Shown here: one piece after another, positions 1 through 8,286 of the stretch
Layout of the letters: every line of letters starts with the position of its first letter
How positions within the stretch are numbered: position 1 is the stretch's first letter
From: Ilumatobacteraceae bacterium
Lineage (GTDB): Bacteria > Actinomycetota > Acidimicrobiia > Acidimicrobiales > Ilumatobacteraceae
Length of the DNA: 64,000 nucleotides
NCBI GenBank assembly: GCA_024643255.1
Contig: JAHENF010000004.1
Coordinates: 49,748-113,747, forward strand
Direction: 5' to 3'
Translations under genes and position numbers: made by a program
Notes under the pieces: generated by a model
Told to the model about the DNA's origin: nothing
The model's database searches: none
What the model saw: the letters and a program-made list of their open reading frames with translations, nothing else

Positions 1-1
1 C

Positions 2-514
2 ACATCACTCGGCGATCAGACGGACACCGTCGAGCGCTTGATCGAGTTGGGTGGCCGACACATCGACATCGGCCAGGGCGCCGACGAGAGGCACGTCGTG
101 CTCGCGGACCCCGAGGGCAACGAGTTCTGCATCATCGAGCCCACCAACAACTTCCTGTCGAGTTGCGGGCGCCTCGGATCGATCACATGTGACGGGACCC
201 GCGAGGTCGGGTACTTCTGGAGCGCGGCGCTCGGTTGGCCGTTGGTGTGGGATCGGGACGACGAGACCGCGATTCGCTCACCGGACCTGACGGGTCCGAT
301 GATCACGTGGGGAGGTGGCCCGTTGAACCCCAAGCCCGCGAAGAACCGGCTCCATCTCGACATCGCTCCGCCCGCCGAAGGCGATCAGCGCGCCGAAGTC
401 GACCGACTCATCTCGCTCGGGGCGAGGCGCGTCGACGTCGGCCAGGGCGACGTCGATTGGGTCGTCATGGCCGACCCCGACGACAACGAGTTCTGCGTGC
501 TGACCCCTCGCTGA
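2..514 (+). CDS. VOC/glyoxalase-like family protein, 5' end outside window
   Basis: Frame is open from nt 2, with no stop upstream of the listed ATG 38. Two tandem half-domains end VVLADPEGNEFCIIEP and VVMADPDDNEFCVLTP. Stop TGA 512-514. Confidence 0.7.
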   Translation, partial: TSLGDQTDTVERLIELGGRHIDIGQGADERHVVLADPEGNEFCIIEPTNNFLSSCGRLGSITCDGTREVGYFWSAALGWPLVWDRDDETAIRSPDLTGPMITWGGGPLNPKPAKNRLHLDIAPPAEGDQRAEVDRLISLGARRVDVGQGDVDWVVMADPDDNEFCVLTPR

Positions 515-544
515 CGCTCGCCGTCGCGTCGGTGAGGAGTCGCG

Positions 545-564
545 CGAACCCTGTGACACCCCCT
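545..564 (+). repeat. 20-bp direct repeat, left copy (CGAACCCTGTGACACCCCCT)
   Basis: The identical 20-mer recurs at 6174-6193. Read directly; coordinates cross-checked against ORF frames. Confidence 0.95.
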
Positions 565-623
565 GCGTACTGTGATCGGTACCGGCTCCCCCTTCCATTC
601 CGATCGATTGATGGGAGGTTGAC

Positions 624-2057
624 ATGAACGATGCAGCGACAGCTCCTCCGAGCCCGCCGGGCTTCGGGGACGAGCGTCGGGTGGGCGTCGCCGACGACGA
701 CACGGTGGCCAGTGCAGTCACGACGTTGCTCGACCAGTTGGTCGCGAGCGAACCGGGCGTCGTCGAGCACGGCGAGTTGGCAGCGCTGGTCGAGTCCGCG
801 GCACGGGTGCGCGGTTGGCTCGACGCGTTCGATCTGCAGTGCGCCCGCCGGTCGCGCGAGCTGCACGAGGCCGGCAGAGGCAACTCGCCGACCTCGCTGT
901 TCACACAGCATGCGCGGCAGTCGAGCCGGGAGGCAGCGCAGGTCGAGCAACGCATGGCGGCGCTCGATGCGATGAACTCCACCGGCGACACGGCTGACGA
1001 TGGTTCGAGTGTCGACGGCGCGGCCGGCGGCAACTCGCCGACCAAGCGGGACTCGTTCGCCCGGGCGCTTCGTGAGCATCGTGTGTCGAGAGCGCACGTC
1101 GATGCGCTGGCCGACGCGATGCGGCGCCTCGACGACGACGCAAGGGCCGAGTTCGTCACGCACGAACCCAGGCTGCTGGCTGCGGCCGTGGTCGAACCCG
1201 CCGACGCGTTCGCCCGGCGGTGCCGGGAGCTCGCCCGTCGAGTGACCGCCGCGCAGGCCACGACCGATGCTGAGGAACTCGACCGCCAACGGGCGAACTC
1301 CACCGTCAAGCGTTGGACCGACAAGATCACGGGAATGTGCGTCACGCACCTCGAGCTCGACCCGATCCGCGACGCCCAACTGCACAGCGCTGTCGACTCG
1401 GCCCTGGCGATGTTGCGACTGGACGACGCCAACGCGAAGACACCGTGGAGCCAGATGCAGGTCGATGCGTTCGTGGCGGCGGTCACCGCCGGCTTCGCGG
1501 GCGGCCGCACAGCAGACCTCACCGCTGCAACCGATGACGCCGTGCACATGCGGCGGGCGCCGGAGGTCACGCTCGTCGCCGACGTGCAGACACTGGTCGA
1601 CGGCTTGCACGATCACGGCATCTGCGAAACCGACGACGGTACGCCGATCCCGGTCTCCACACTGCGACGGCTCTGCTGCGACGCCGAGATCATCCCGGTG
1701 CTGCTCGGTGCCGTCGGCGTGCCGCTCGACGTCGGCCGGTCGTCGCGCAGCGTCACCCCCCAACAACGCCGGGCGCTGCGCGCCATGTACCGGACCTGCG
1801 CCCACCCCGACTGCACCGTCGGGTTCTCCAACTGCAAGGCCCACCACGTCAGATGGTGGTGGCGAGACCTCGGCCCCACCGATCTCTCCAATCTGCTGCC
1901 GCTGTGCGACCGACACCATCATCAGGTGCACGAAGGCGGATGGGGACTCACGATGACCGCCGACCGAGTCACCACCTGGACACGGCCCGACGGCACCATC
2001 GCCCACCACGGCTCCACGATCGACCGGATCGCAGCGCCGACAGTCCGCGTCAGCTGA
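624..2057 (+). CDS. DUF222-like/HNH endonuclease protein (REP13E12-type)
   Basis: ATG is preceded by GGGAGG (613-618). C-terminal His-Me/HNH motif CAHPDC..CKAHHVRWW..LLPLCDRHHHQVHEGGW. Long Ala/Arg-rich helical N-terminal region, as in actinobacterial DUF222-HNH proteins. Confidence 0.8.
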   Translation: MNDAATAPPSPPGFGDERRVGVADDDTVASAVTTLLDQLVASEPGVVEHGELAALVESAARVRGWLDAFDLQCARRSRELHEAGRGNSPTSLFTQHARQSSREAAQVEQRMAALDAMNSTGDTADDGSSVDGAAGGNSPTKRDSFARALREHRVSRAHVDALADAMRRLDDDARAEFVTHEPRLLAAAVVEPADAFARRCRELARRVTAAQATTDAEELDRQRANSTVKRWTDKITGMCVTHLELDPIRDAQLHSAVDSALAMLRLDDANAKTPWSQMQVDAFVAAVTAGFAGGRTADLTAATDDAVHMRRAPEVTLVADVQTLVDGLHDHGICETDDGTPIPVSTLRRLCCDAEIIPVLLGAVGVPLDVGRSSRSVTPQQRRALRAMYRTCAHPDCTVGFSNCKAHHVRWWWRDLGPTDLSNLLPLCDRHHHQVHEGGWGLTMTADRVTTWTRPDGTIAHHGSTIDRIAAPTVRVS

Positions 2058-2141
2058 CATCACGACCGGGCTTTCGGCGAGCTGTCGAAACTGACTGGGC
2101 CGGCGACGGCCGGGCGAAAGTCCTCGAGCGCACCGTGAAGC

Positions 2142-2735
2142 ATGACCTCCACCACGCGCTTCGCACTCGCCGTTCTGATGAGCGTGCTGCTCGTGCCTGG
2201 CGCTGTGCGCACGAACCCGGCAACTGGCGTCGGATCGGGCGTCAGCCTCGAACCGACGATCACGATCGTCGGTGGATCGCCGACCACCCGCTCCGCCGTC
2301 CTCGAGACGACGGACCGTTTCGTGTCGAACGACCTCGGCCTGCCCGACCTCGTCATTCGGCTCCACGACGATCCAACGGGTTGCGAAGCTCACCGAGGCC
2401 TGTTCCGAGTGGTCGACGACATCGCGTTCATCGATCTGTGCTTCGAATGCGAGTTCCTCGCACTCCACGAACTCGGCCATGCCTGGGCGCATTTCAACCT
2501 CGACGACACCGCACGGCAGGAATTCCAGCAGGCGGTCGGCGCGTCGAGCTGGAACTCGCCCGATGTCCCACACAACTTCCGAGCGACCGAGATCGCGGCC
2601 GATGCGATCGCCTACGGCCTGCTGTCGACGCCCGCGACACCGGGCGTGGTCTGGGAACGGCAGTGCGATCGGTTCGAAGCGCTGACCGGTCGCCCTCCGC
2701 CACGGCCGACCGACCCCGTGGAGACGACCCGCTGA
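2142..2735 (+). CDS. secreted HExxH protein, putative small zinc metallopeptidase
   Basis: Signal-like N-terminus MTSTTRFALAVLMSVLLVPGAV, a single HELGH motif and four Cys. No family recognised beyond the motif. Confidence 0.5.
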   Translation: MTSTTRFALAVLMSVLLVPGAVRTNPATGVGSGVSLEPTITIVGGSPTTRSAVLETTDRFVSNDLGLPDLVIRLHDDPTGCEAHRGLFRVVDDIAFIDLCFECEFLALHELGHAWAHFNLDDTARQEFQQAVGASSWNSPDVPHNFRATEIAADAIAYGLLSTPATPGVVWERQCDRFEALTGRPPPRPTDPVETTR

Positions 2736-2771
2736 TGCCGACCTAGGATCAGAAGTACAGGAGGTGACGCT

Positions 2772-5700
2772 GTGGAGTTCGCGATCCTGGGTCCGTTGGA
2801 AGTGCGCGACGAGGGACAACCCGTTGCCGTCGGTGGCCGAAAGCACCAGATGCTGTTGGCCATCCTGCTCCTGAACGCGAATCGCGTCGTGTCGACCGAT
2901 CGGCTCCTCGAGGATCTCTGGGGGGATGACGCGGCGGACAAGGAGAACGCCCTCTGGGTCCACATCTCGCGTCTGCGAACTGCGCTCGGTGATCACGACC
3001 TGCTCGTGACCCATGATCACGGCTACTCGCTGGTCGTCGACGCGGACGACGTCGACGCCCATCGCTTCGAGTCCGAGGTGGCAGCAGCCCGAGCGCTGAT
3101 GAGAGACGACCCCGCTGCGGCCGCCCGGCGGCTGGGCGACGCGCTCCAGATGTGGAGAGGGCCTCCGCTCGCGGACTTCACCTACGAGGACTTCGCCCAG
3201 ATCGAGATCATCCGCTTGAACGAGCTGCGCTCACTCGCCCAGGAAGATCGCATCGAGGCCGACCTGCAACTCGGTCGGGCCGGGGAACTGATCAGCGAAC
3301 TCGAGGCCATGCATGCCGCGCAGCCGACACGCGAGCGCGTCGTCGCCCTGCTCATGCTCGCCCTCTACCGGTCGGGGCGTCAGGCCGACGCACTCCAGGT
3401 GTCCAGAGAATTTCGCAGCGCGCTGGTCGACGAGGTCGGCCTCGAGCCCTCTGCAGATCTGCAACGACTCGAGGAGCAGATCCTCCTGCACGACACGCGC
3501 CTCGACCTGCATCGCCACCCGAGCGCGACAGCCGATGAGCGATCGGCGCCCGCCGTCAATCCGTTCAAGGGCCTCAGGGCATTCCGCGAGGAGGACAGCG
3601 GCGACTTCTTCGGACGCGACCGGATCGTCGCGGAGGTCATACGCCGCCTCGACGACGGTGCAGGTCTGATCGGAATCATCGGACCGAGCGGATCCGGCAA
3701 GTCCAGCATCGTCAGAGCCGGTTTGATCCCTGCACTGCGAGCCGGCGCGATCGAGGGTTCCGACCGCTGGTCGATCGCCCACATGGTGCCTGGGGCGAGG
3801 CCGTTCGCCGAACTCGAAGCGGCACTGCTGCGATCGTCGCTCGACGCACCCGACAGCCTGTCGGAACAACTCGCGGATCGCGAGACCGGCGTGCTCCGAG
3901 CGGCGTTGCGGATCCTGCCCGATGAGTCGGCCCGTCTGCTCCTCGTGATCGACCAGTTCGAGGAGTTGTTCACCCTCGTGTCGAACGAGGGCGACCGGTC
4001 ACGGTTCCTCGACGGGCTGGTCAACGCGATCGACGACTCGTGCGGCCAGGTCAAGGTCGTCGTCACGCTGCGCGCCGACTTCTACGGACGTCCGTTGGCG
4101 TACCCGGAGTTCGGTTCCCGACTGGGCGACGGCATCGTCAACGTCGTCCCCCTGACCTCGAACGAGCTCGAGATGGCTGCCATGCAACCGGCTGCGGGAG
4201 TGGGCGTGACGCTCGAGCCGGCGCTCGTCGTGGCGCTGCTGACCGATGTGATCGGCCGCCCCGGCGCGCTCCCACTGTTCCAGTACGCGCTCACCGAGCT
4301 GTTCGATCGACGCGAGAACGACACGCTGAGCCTGGCCGAGTATCACGCGATGGGCGCGGTGAGCGGGGCGCTCACCCGCCGCGCCGAGGAGCTCTTCGCA
4401 CGGTTGGACGACGGGCAGCGCAGCGCCGCCCGGCAGCTCTTCCTCCGGCTGGTCACCATCGCCGAGAACGACGAGTGGACTCGACGTCGCGTCCCGGCCT
4501 CCGAGATCCTGTCGCTCGACGTCGACGTGCTCGCCATCCAGACCGTGATCGACGCCTTCTCGACACACCGACTCCTCATCCTCGATCGTGATGCGGTCAC
4601 CGGGTCGCCGACCGTCGAGGTCGCCCACGAGTTGTTGCTCACCAACTGGCCGCGTCTGCGAATCTGGATCGAAGACGCCCGCGACGACATCAGACGACAC
4701 GTGCTGCTGTCGGTGGCGATCGACGAATGGCACGAGGCCGACGAGAACCCCGACTACCTGTTGAGTGGCGCCCGTCTCGAGGCCTACACGCACTGGGCCG
4801 CGACGACCACCATGCCGCTCATGTACGGAGCGCAGCAGTTCCTCGATGCATCGATCGAGCAGTGCGAGCGCGAACTCGCGGAGGAGCGCGAACGGTCGCT
4901 GATCGGCGCCCGGGCGCAGCGGTCGGCGAGACGCCGGCTCTGGGGGATCACCGCGGTGTTGATCGCCGTCGTGGTCGGCGCCGGCCTCGTGGCGGTCGGG
5001 GCATTCGACAGCTCGCCAGGCCCGACCGTTGCGTTCTTCGGGTATCGAGGCGATGGAGGATGGAACGACAACATCGCGGCGGGCCTCGACCGGGCCGCCC
5101 AGGATCACAACATGGTGTTGGTCGATGCCCCGGCGATCGTCGACCCCTCGACAGACTTCCGGGAACTCGCGGAGCAGGGTCCCGACATCATCATCAGCGA
5201 TGCCGAGCCCATGGCGTCGGCACCCGACGTCTACACGGACTTCCCCGACATCGAGTTCGGCATCGTCGACGGGTTCATCGACGCACCCAACGTCGCTGGG
5301 GTGGTGTTCGACAACGAGCAGGGTGCATTCCTCGCCGGCGCGGCGGCAGCGATGACGACCGAGACCGGAATCGTGGGATTCGTCGGTGGCGACGCCTGGT
5401 CCGTTGCGGGCTTCCAGGCCGGCTTCGAGGCGGGCGCCCACTGGGTGAACCCCGACGTCGAGGTGTTGGCGACCTACATCGTGCAGGAGTTCGTTCGGCA
5501 GACCGGTGGCCTCCCGATCTTCGCGTGGGGTCGCCCCGACCTCGGCGCCGACCGGGCGTCGGCACTCTACGAACGTGGTGCCGATGTCGTCTTCCACGCC
5601 GCCGGTGCATCCGGCCTGGGGATATTTCCAGCGTCGGTCGAATCGTCGGCGACCCAGTTCCGCAAGCTGTGGGCGATCGGCGTCGACAACGACCAGTGGT

Positions 5701-6185
5701 TCCAGGTCGACGAGATCGAGCGCTCACACGTCCTCACCTCGCTGATCAAGCGCGGTGATGTCGCCGCCGAACGGCTGGTCGAGCTGCTGCTGCGCGACGA
5801 GCCCGTCTCCGGTGCCGTCGACGTCGGGCTCGCCGACGGCGTGTTCCGCCTGTCCACCCAGGGCGGTTGGTTGACCGACGACATGATCGCAACGCTCGAG
5901 CGTGCGGAGACGGCGATCGTCGACGGCCGACTCGTCGTGCCTGCATGGCCGACGGGTGAGGTGCTCGACCTCGATCCGATCCAGAACGCCTTCGAGGAGG
6001 CGCTCGCGGTGCTCACGCCACGTCAGACCGACGAGTATCTCCACACGTGGCTCGGGGACCATCACCCGGTGGATGTCGCGGTGTCGTGCTCGGCTTCGAC
6101 CGCCTGGCCGGCTGACGAGGCCGCATGCCTCGACGTGATCACCAGCCACCTCCAGGAGTACATCGACCAGAACCGAACCCTGTGA
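2772..6185 (+). CDS. membrane-anchored SARP/BTAD regulator fused to STAND-type P-loop NTPase and extracytoplasmic BMP/PnrA-like domain
   Basis: GTG start. OmpR-type wHTH plus BTAD (LQMWRGPPLADF). NPFKGLRAFREEDSGDFFGRD lead-in, Walker A GPSGSGKS (3681-3704), Walker B LLLVIDQFEELF (3936-3971). One TM helix (4938-5006). BMP-like GIVGFVGG..GFEAG..NPDV..GVDNDQ. Confidence 0.8.
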   Translation: MEFAILGPLEVRDEGQPVAVGGRKHQMLLAILLLNANRVVSTDRLLEDLWGDDAADKENALWVHISRLRTALGDHDLLVTHDHGYSLVVDADDVDAHRFESEVAAARALMRDDPAAAARRLGDALQMWRGPPLADFTYEDFAQIEIIRLNELRSLAQEDRIEADLQLGRAGELISELEAMHAAQPTRERVVALLMLALYRSGRQADALQVSREFRSALVDEVGLEPSADLQRLEEQILLHDTRLDLHRHPSATADERSAPAVNPFKGLRAFREEDSGDFFGRDRIVAEVIRRLDDGAGLIGIIGPSGSGKSSIVRAGLIPALRAGAIEGSDRWSIAHMVPGARPFAELEAALLRSSLDAPDSLSEQLADRETGVLRAALRILPDESARLLLVIDQFEELFTLVSNEGDRSRFLDGLVNAIDDSCGQVKVVVTLRADFYGRPLAYPEFGSRLGDGIVNVVPLTSNELEMAAMQPAAGVGVTLEPALVVALLTDVIGRPGALPLFQYALTELFDRRENDTLSLAEYHAMGAVSGALTRRAEELFARLDDGQRSAARQLFLRLVTIAENDEWTRRRVPASEILSLDVDVLAIQTVIDAFSTHRLLILDRDAVTGSPTVEVAHELLLTNWPRLRIWIEDARDDIRRHVLLSVAIDEWHEADENPDYLLSGARLEAYTHWAATTTMPLMYGAQQFLDASIEQCERELAEERERSLIGARAQRSARRRLWGITAVLIAVVVGAGLVAVGAFDSSPGPTVAFFGYRGDGGWNDNIAAGLDRAAQDHNMVLVDAPAIVDPSTDFRELAEQGPDIIISDAEPMASAPDVYTDFPDIEFGIVDGFIDAPNVAGVVFDNEQGAFLAGAAAAMTTETGIVGFVGGDAWSVAGFQAGFEAGAHWVNPDVEVLATYIVQEFVRQTGGLPIFAWGRPDLGADRASALYERGADVVFHAAGASGLGIFPASVESSATQFRKLWAIGVDNDQWFQVDEIERSHVLTSLIKRGDVAAERLVELLLRDEPVSGAVDVGLADGVFRLSTQGGWLTDDMIATLERAETAIVDGRLVVPAWPTGEVLDLDPIQNAFEEALAVLTPRQTDEYLHTWLGDHHPVDVAVSCSASTAWPADEAACLDVITSHLQEYIDQNRTL

Positions 6186-6193
6186 CACCCCCT
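6174..6193 (+). repeat. 20-bp direct repeat, right copy
   Basis: Identical to 545-564. Supplies the last three codons (cga acc ctg) and the TGA of the 2772-6185 CDS. Confidence 0.95.
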
Positions 6194-6343
6194 CGCGATG
6201 ATCGTCTCCATGAGACTCCATCACGCGACCGTGAATGGCCCCGATAGGGTTGGCACGTCCATATTGGCCCTGCCCCACACCGGGGCTCCCGCCACGGCGC
6301 TGTCATCAGGCAGTCGTGGGGGATCCGAAGGGAGGAAACACGC

Positions 6344-6676
6344 ATGAAGCGTGCATACGAATTGATGATCATCATCGACGGCGACGTCGATGACCCCAAG
6401 GCCCAGGCCTGGATGAAGACCGTGACCGATGGCATCGTTGCCGTCGGCGGCGAGCTCCACGGCAAGATCGATTGGTGGGGCAAGCGCCAGTTCGCCTACC
6501 CGATCAACAAGAAGCCGTCCGGCTACTACATGGTCGTCGAGCTGGTGGCCCCCGCCGGCGCGCTCGACGAACTCGAGCGCACGCTCCGACTCGCGGACGA
6601 CGTGGTCCGTCACAAGCTCATCCGTCTGCCCGAGGCCGAGGCCGAGCGCCGGGGCATGGCAGTCGCTGCCGCCTGA
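6344..6676 (+). CDS. rpsF: 30S ribosomal protein bS6
   Basis: GGAGG at 6331-6335. MKRAYELMIIID..QFAYPI..GYYMVVE. First gene of the conserved rpsF-ssb-rpsR-rplI order. Confidence 0.95.
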   Translation: MKRAYELMIIIDGDVDDPKAQAWMKTVTDGIVAVGGELHGKIDWWGKRQFAYPINKKPSGYYMVVELVAPAGALDELERTLRLADDVVRHKLIRLPEAEAERRGMAVAAA

Positions 6677-6705
6677 GCGGCACCAGCCACACAAAGGGGA
6701 ATCAC

Positions 6706-7155
6706 ATGGCATCGGAAAACAGCGTCACGCTGGTCGGCAACGTCACCAAGGATCCTGAACTCCGCTACACGACCGGTGGTCGCGGCGTCGCCAGCTTCGG
6801 GCTGGCGGTCAACCGTCGCTACCAGGTCAACGGTGAGTGGCAGGAGCAGGTGTCGTTCTTCAACATCGTCGCCTGGGGCGACCTGGGCGAGAACGCCGCC
6901 GCCAGCATCAACAAGGGCAACCGCGTCATCGTCACCGGTCGACTCGAGCAACGCTCGTACGAGACCAAAGAGGGCGAGAAGCGCAACGTCACCGAAGTGA
7001 TCGCCGACGAACTCGGCCCGAGCCTGCGCTGGGCGCAGGTGCAGATCGAGCGCATCAGCCGCGACGACGCCGCAACCCGCAGTGGTGGCGGCGGTGGCGG
7101 TGGCGGTGCCAGTCGAGCCCCCGACCCTGTCTACGGCGACGAAGAGCCGTTCTGA
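6706..7155 (+). CDS. ssb: single-stranded DNA-binding protein
   Basis: OB-fold start VTLVGNVTKDPELRYT, Gly-rich linker, acidic tip DEEPF. ATG 6706 chosen because the listed in-frame extension from 6472 overlaps rpsF. Confidence 0.95.
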   Translation: MASENSVTLVGNVTKDPELRYTTGGRGVASFGLAVNRRYQVNGEWQEQVSFFNIVAWGDLGENAAASINKGNRVIVTGRLEQRSYETKEGEKRNVTEVIADELGPSLRWAQVQIERISRDDAATRSGGGGGGGGASRAPDPVYGDEEPF

Positions 7156-7193
7156 CCCCCGTTGATCTGAATCACCAGTCGTAAGGAAGCACC

Positions 7194-7631
7194 ATGGCAA
7201 GCAAGAAGAACAAGGCGCGCAGCGCCCGCGATCTCAATCCCCGAAAGTTCAAGAAGAAGACCAGCGTGCTGGTCATCGAGAAGGTCGAATACATCGACTA
7301 CAAGGACGTCGATCTCCTCGGCCGCTTCATGAGCGACCGAGCCAAGATCAAGAATCGGCGCGTCGCCGGCAACACACTGCAGCAGCAGCGCGAAATCGCC
7401 AATGCCGTCAAGGTGGCCCGCGAGATGGCGCTGCTCCCGTACGCCAAGCGCGTTGCGTCGACCCGCACGGGTGGGCGCGGTCGTGACGGTGGCCGCGATG
7501 GCGGTCGCGACGGTGGCCGCGATCGCGACACGAGCTTGAGCGACTCCGTGAACGACACGGCGGTCGACGACGAGGTGATCGACGATGTCGAGACCTCGAC
7601 CGACGTCGCTACCGAGACCGAGGAGGCCTGA
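7194..7631 (+). CDS. rpsR: 30S ribosomal protein bS18 with long C-terminal tail
   Basis: Core [45 protein letters not shown]. No CxxC pairs. About 60 extra residues after the core. Confidence 0.9.
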   Translation: MASKKNKARSARDLNPRKFKKKTSVLVIEKVEYIDYKDVDLLGRFMSDRAKIKNRRVAGNTLQQQREIANAVKVAREMALLPYAKRVASTRTGGRGRDGGRDGGRDGGRDRDTSLSDSVNDTAVDDEVIDDVETSTDVATETEEA

Positions 7632-7634
7632 GCA

Positions 7635-8081
7635 ATGAAGGTCATTCTTCGTTCCGATCTCGATGGCCTGGGCAAGCGCGGCGACATCGTCGACGTCGCC
7701 GACGGCCATGCCCGCAACTTCCTGCTGCCGAAGGGTCACGCGATCGTGGCCTCCGACGGTGCGGTGGAACAGGCCGGTCAGATGCGCCAAGCGCGCGACC
7801 AGCGTGATTCCAGCGCACGCGAAGCTGCGACCACCATCGCCAGCACGCTCGTGCCGAAGGTCATCACGGTGGCCGCGAAGGCCGGCCCGGAGGGCAAGCT
7901 CTTCGGTTCGATCACCGCCGCCGACGTGGTCGCCGCGGTGCAGGAGCAGACCGACATCGAGCTCGATCGCCGTCAGATCGACGTCGATGTCATCAAGACC
8001 ATCGGTCAGCACACGGTGACCGCGTCGCTGCACAACGACGTGTCGTTCCCGATCACCATCGACGTCGTCGCCGCCGACTGA
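7635..8081 (+). CDS. rplI: 50S ribosomal protein bL9
   Basis: MKVILRSDLDGLGKRGDIVDVADGHARNFLLPKG. Starts 3 nt after the rpsR stop. Confidence 0.95.
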   Translation: MKVILRSDLDGLGKRGDIVDVADGHARNFLLPKGHAIVASDGAVEQAGQMRQARDQRDSSAREAATTIASTLVPKVITVAAKAGPEGKLFGSITAADVVAAVQEQTDIELDRRQIDVDVIKTIGQHTVTASLHNDVSFPITIDVVAAD

Positions 8082-8156
8082 GGTCGGTTGCGGGCGCCGC
8101 CCGTTCATCGACGGGCACGTACCGGGCAAGTGGGTCGACACCCCTTGTTCCGGCGC

Positions 8157-8213
8157 GTGTTCACACAGGTTGTCCACAGACCCTCCGTCCACAGGATCGG
8201 AGAGTTGTCCACA
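8157..8213 (+). promoter_or_regulatory. cluster of four same-orientation DnaA boxes upstream of dnaB
   Basis: TTGTCCACA perfect at 8170-8178 and 8205-8213. GTGTTCACA (8157-8165) and CCGTCCACA (8185-8193) have two mismatches each. Confidence 0.7.
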
Positions 8214-8286
8214 GGCGTTCAACAGGCAAGACCCAGGGTTGTTCCTCTTCCATCGCACAGGAAACACCTGGGAGAGTGGGGTCCCC

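Noticed and set aside
465-3062. 865-aa minus-strand ORF (with 278-1570 and others) spanning the HNH, HExxH and SARP gene starts
   Set aside because: Low-complexity Arg/Gly/Asp-rich translation crossing three well-supported plus-strand genes and their intergenic gaps. No motif and no plausible start context.
8170-8286. TTG 8170 as the dnaB start (39 extra residues)
   Set aside because: The extension is not DnaB-like, and its first codons are themselves DnaA boxes. ATG 8287 gives a normal N-terminus a short distance before the PHNLQAEESVLG motif.
8082-8286. The DnaA-box cluster as a chromosomal origin (oriC)
   Set aside because: No AT-rich unwinding element, only four boxes, and the location is between rplI and dnaB rather than next to dnaA/dnaN. 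A regulatory or titration site is more economical.
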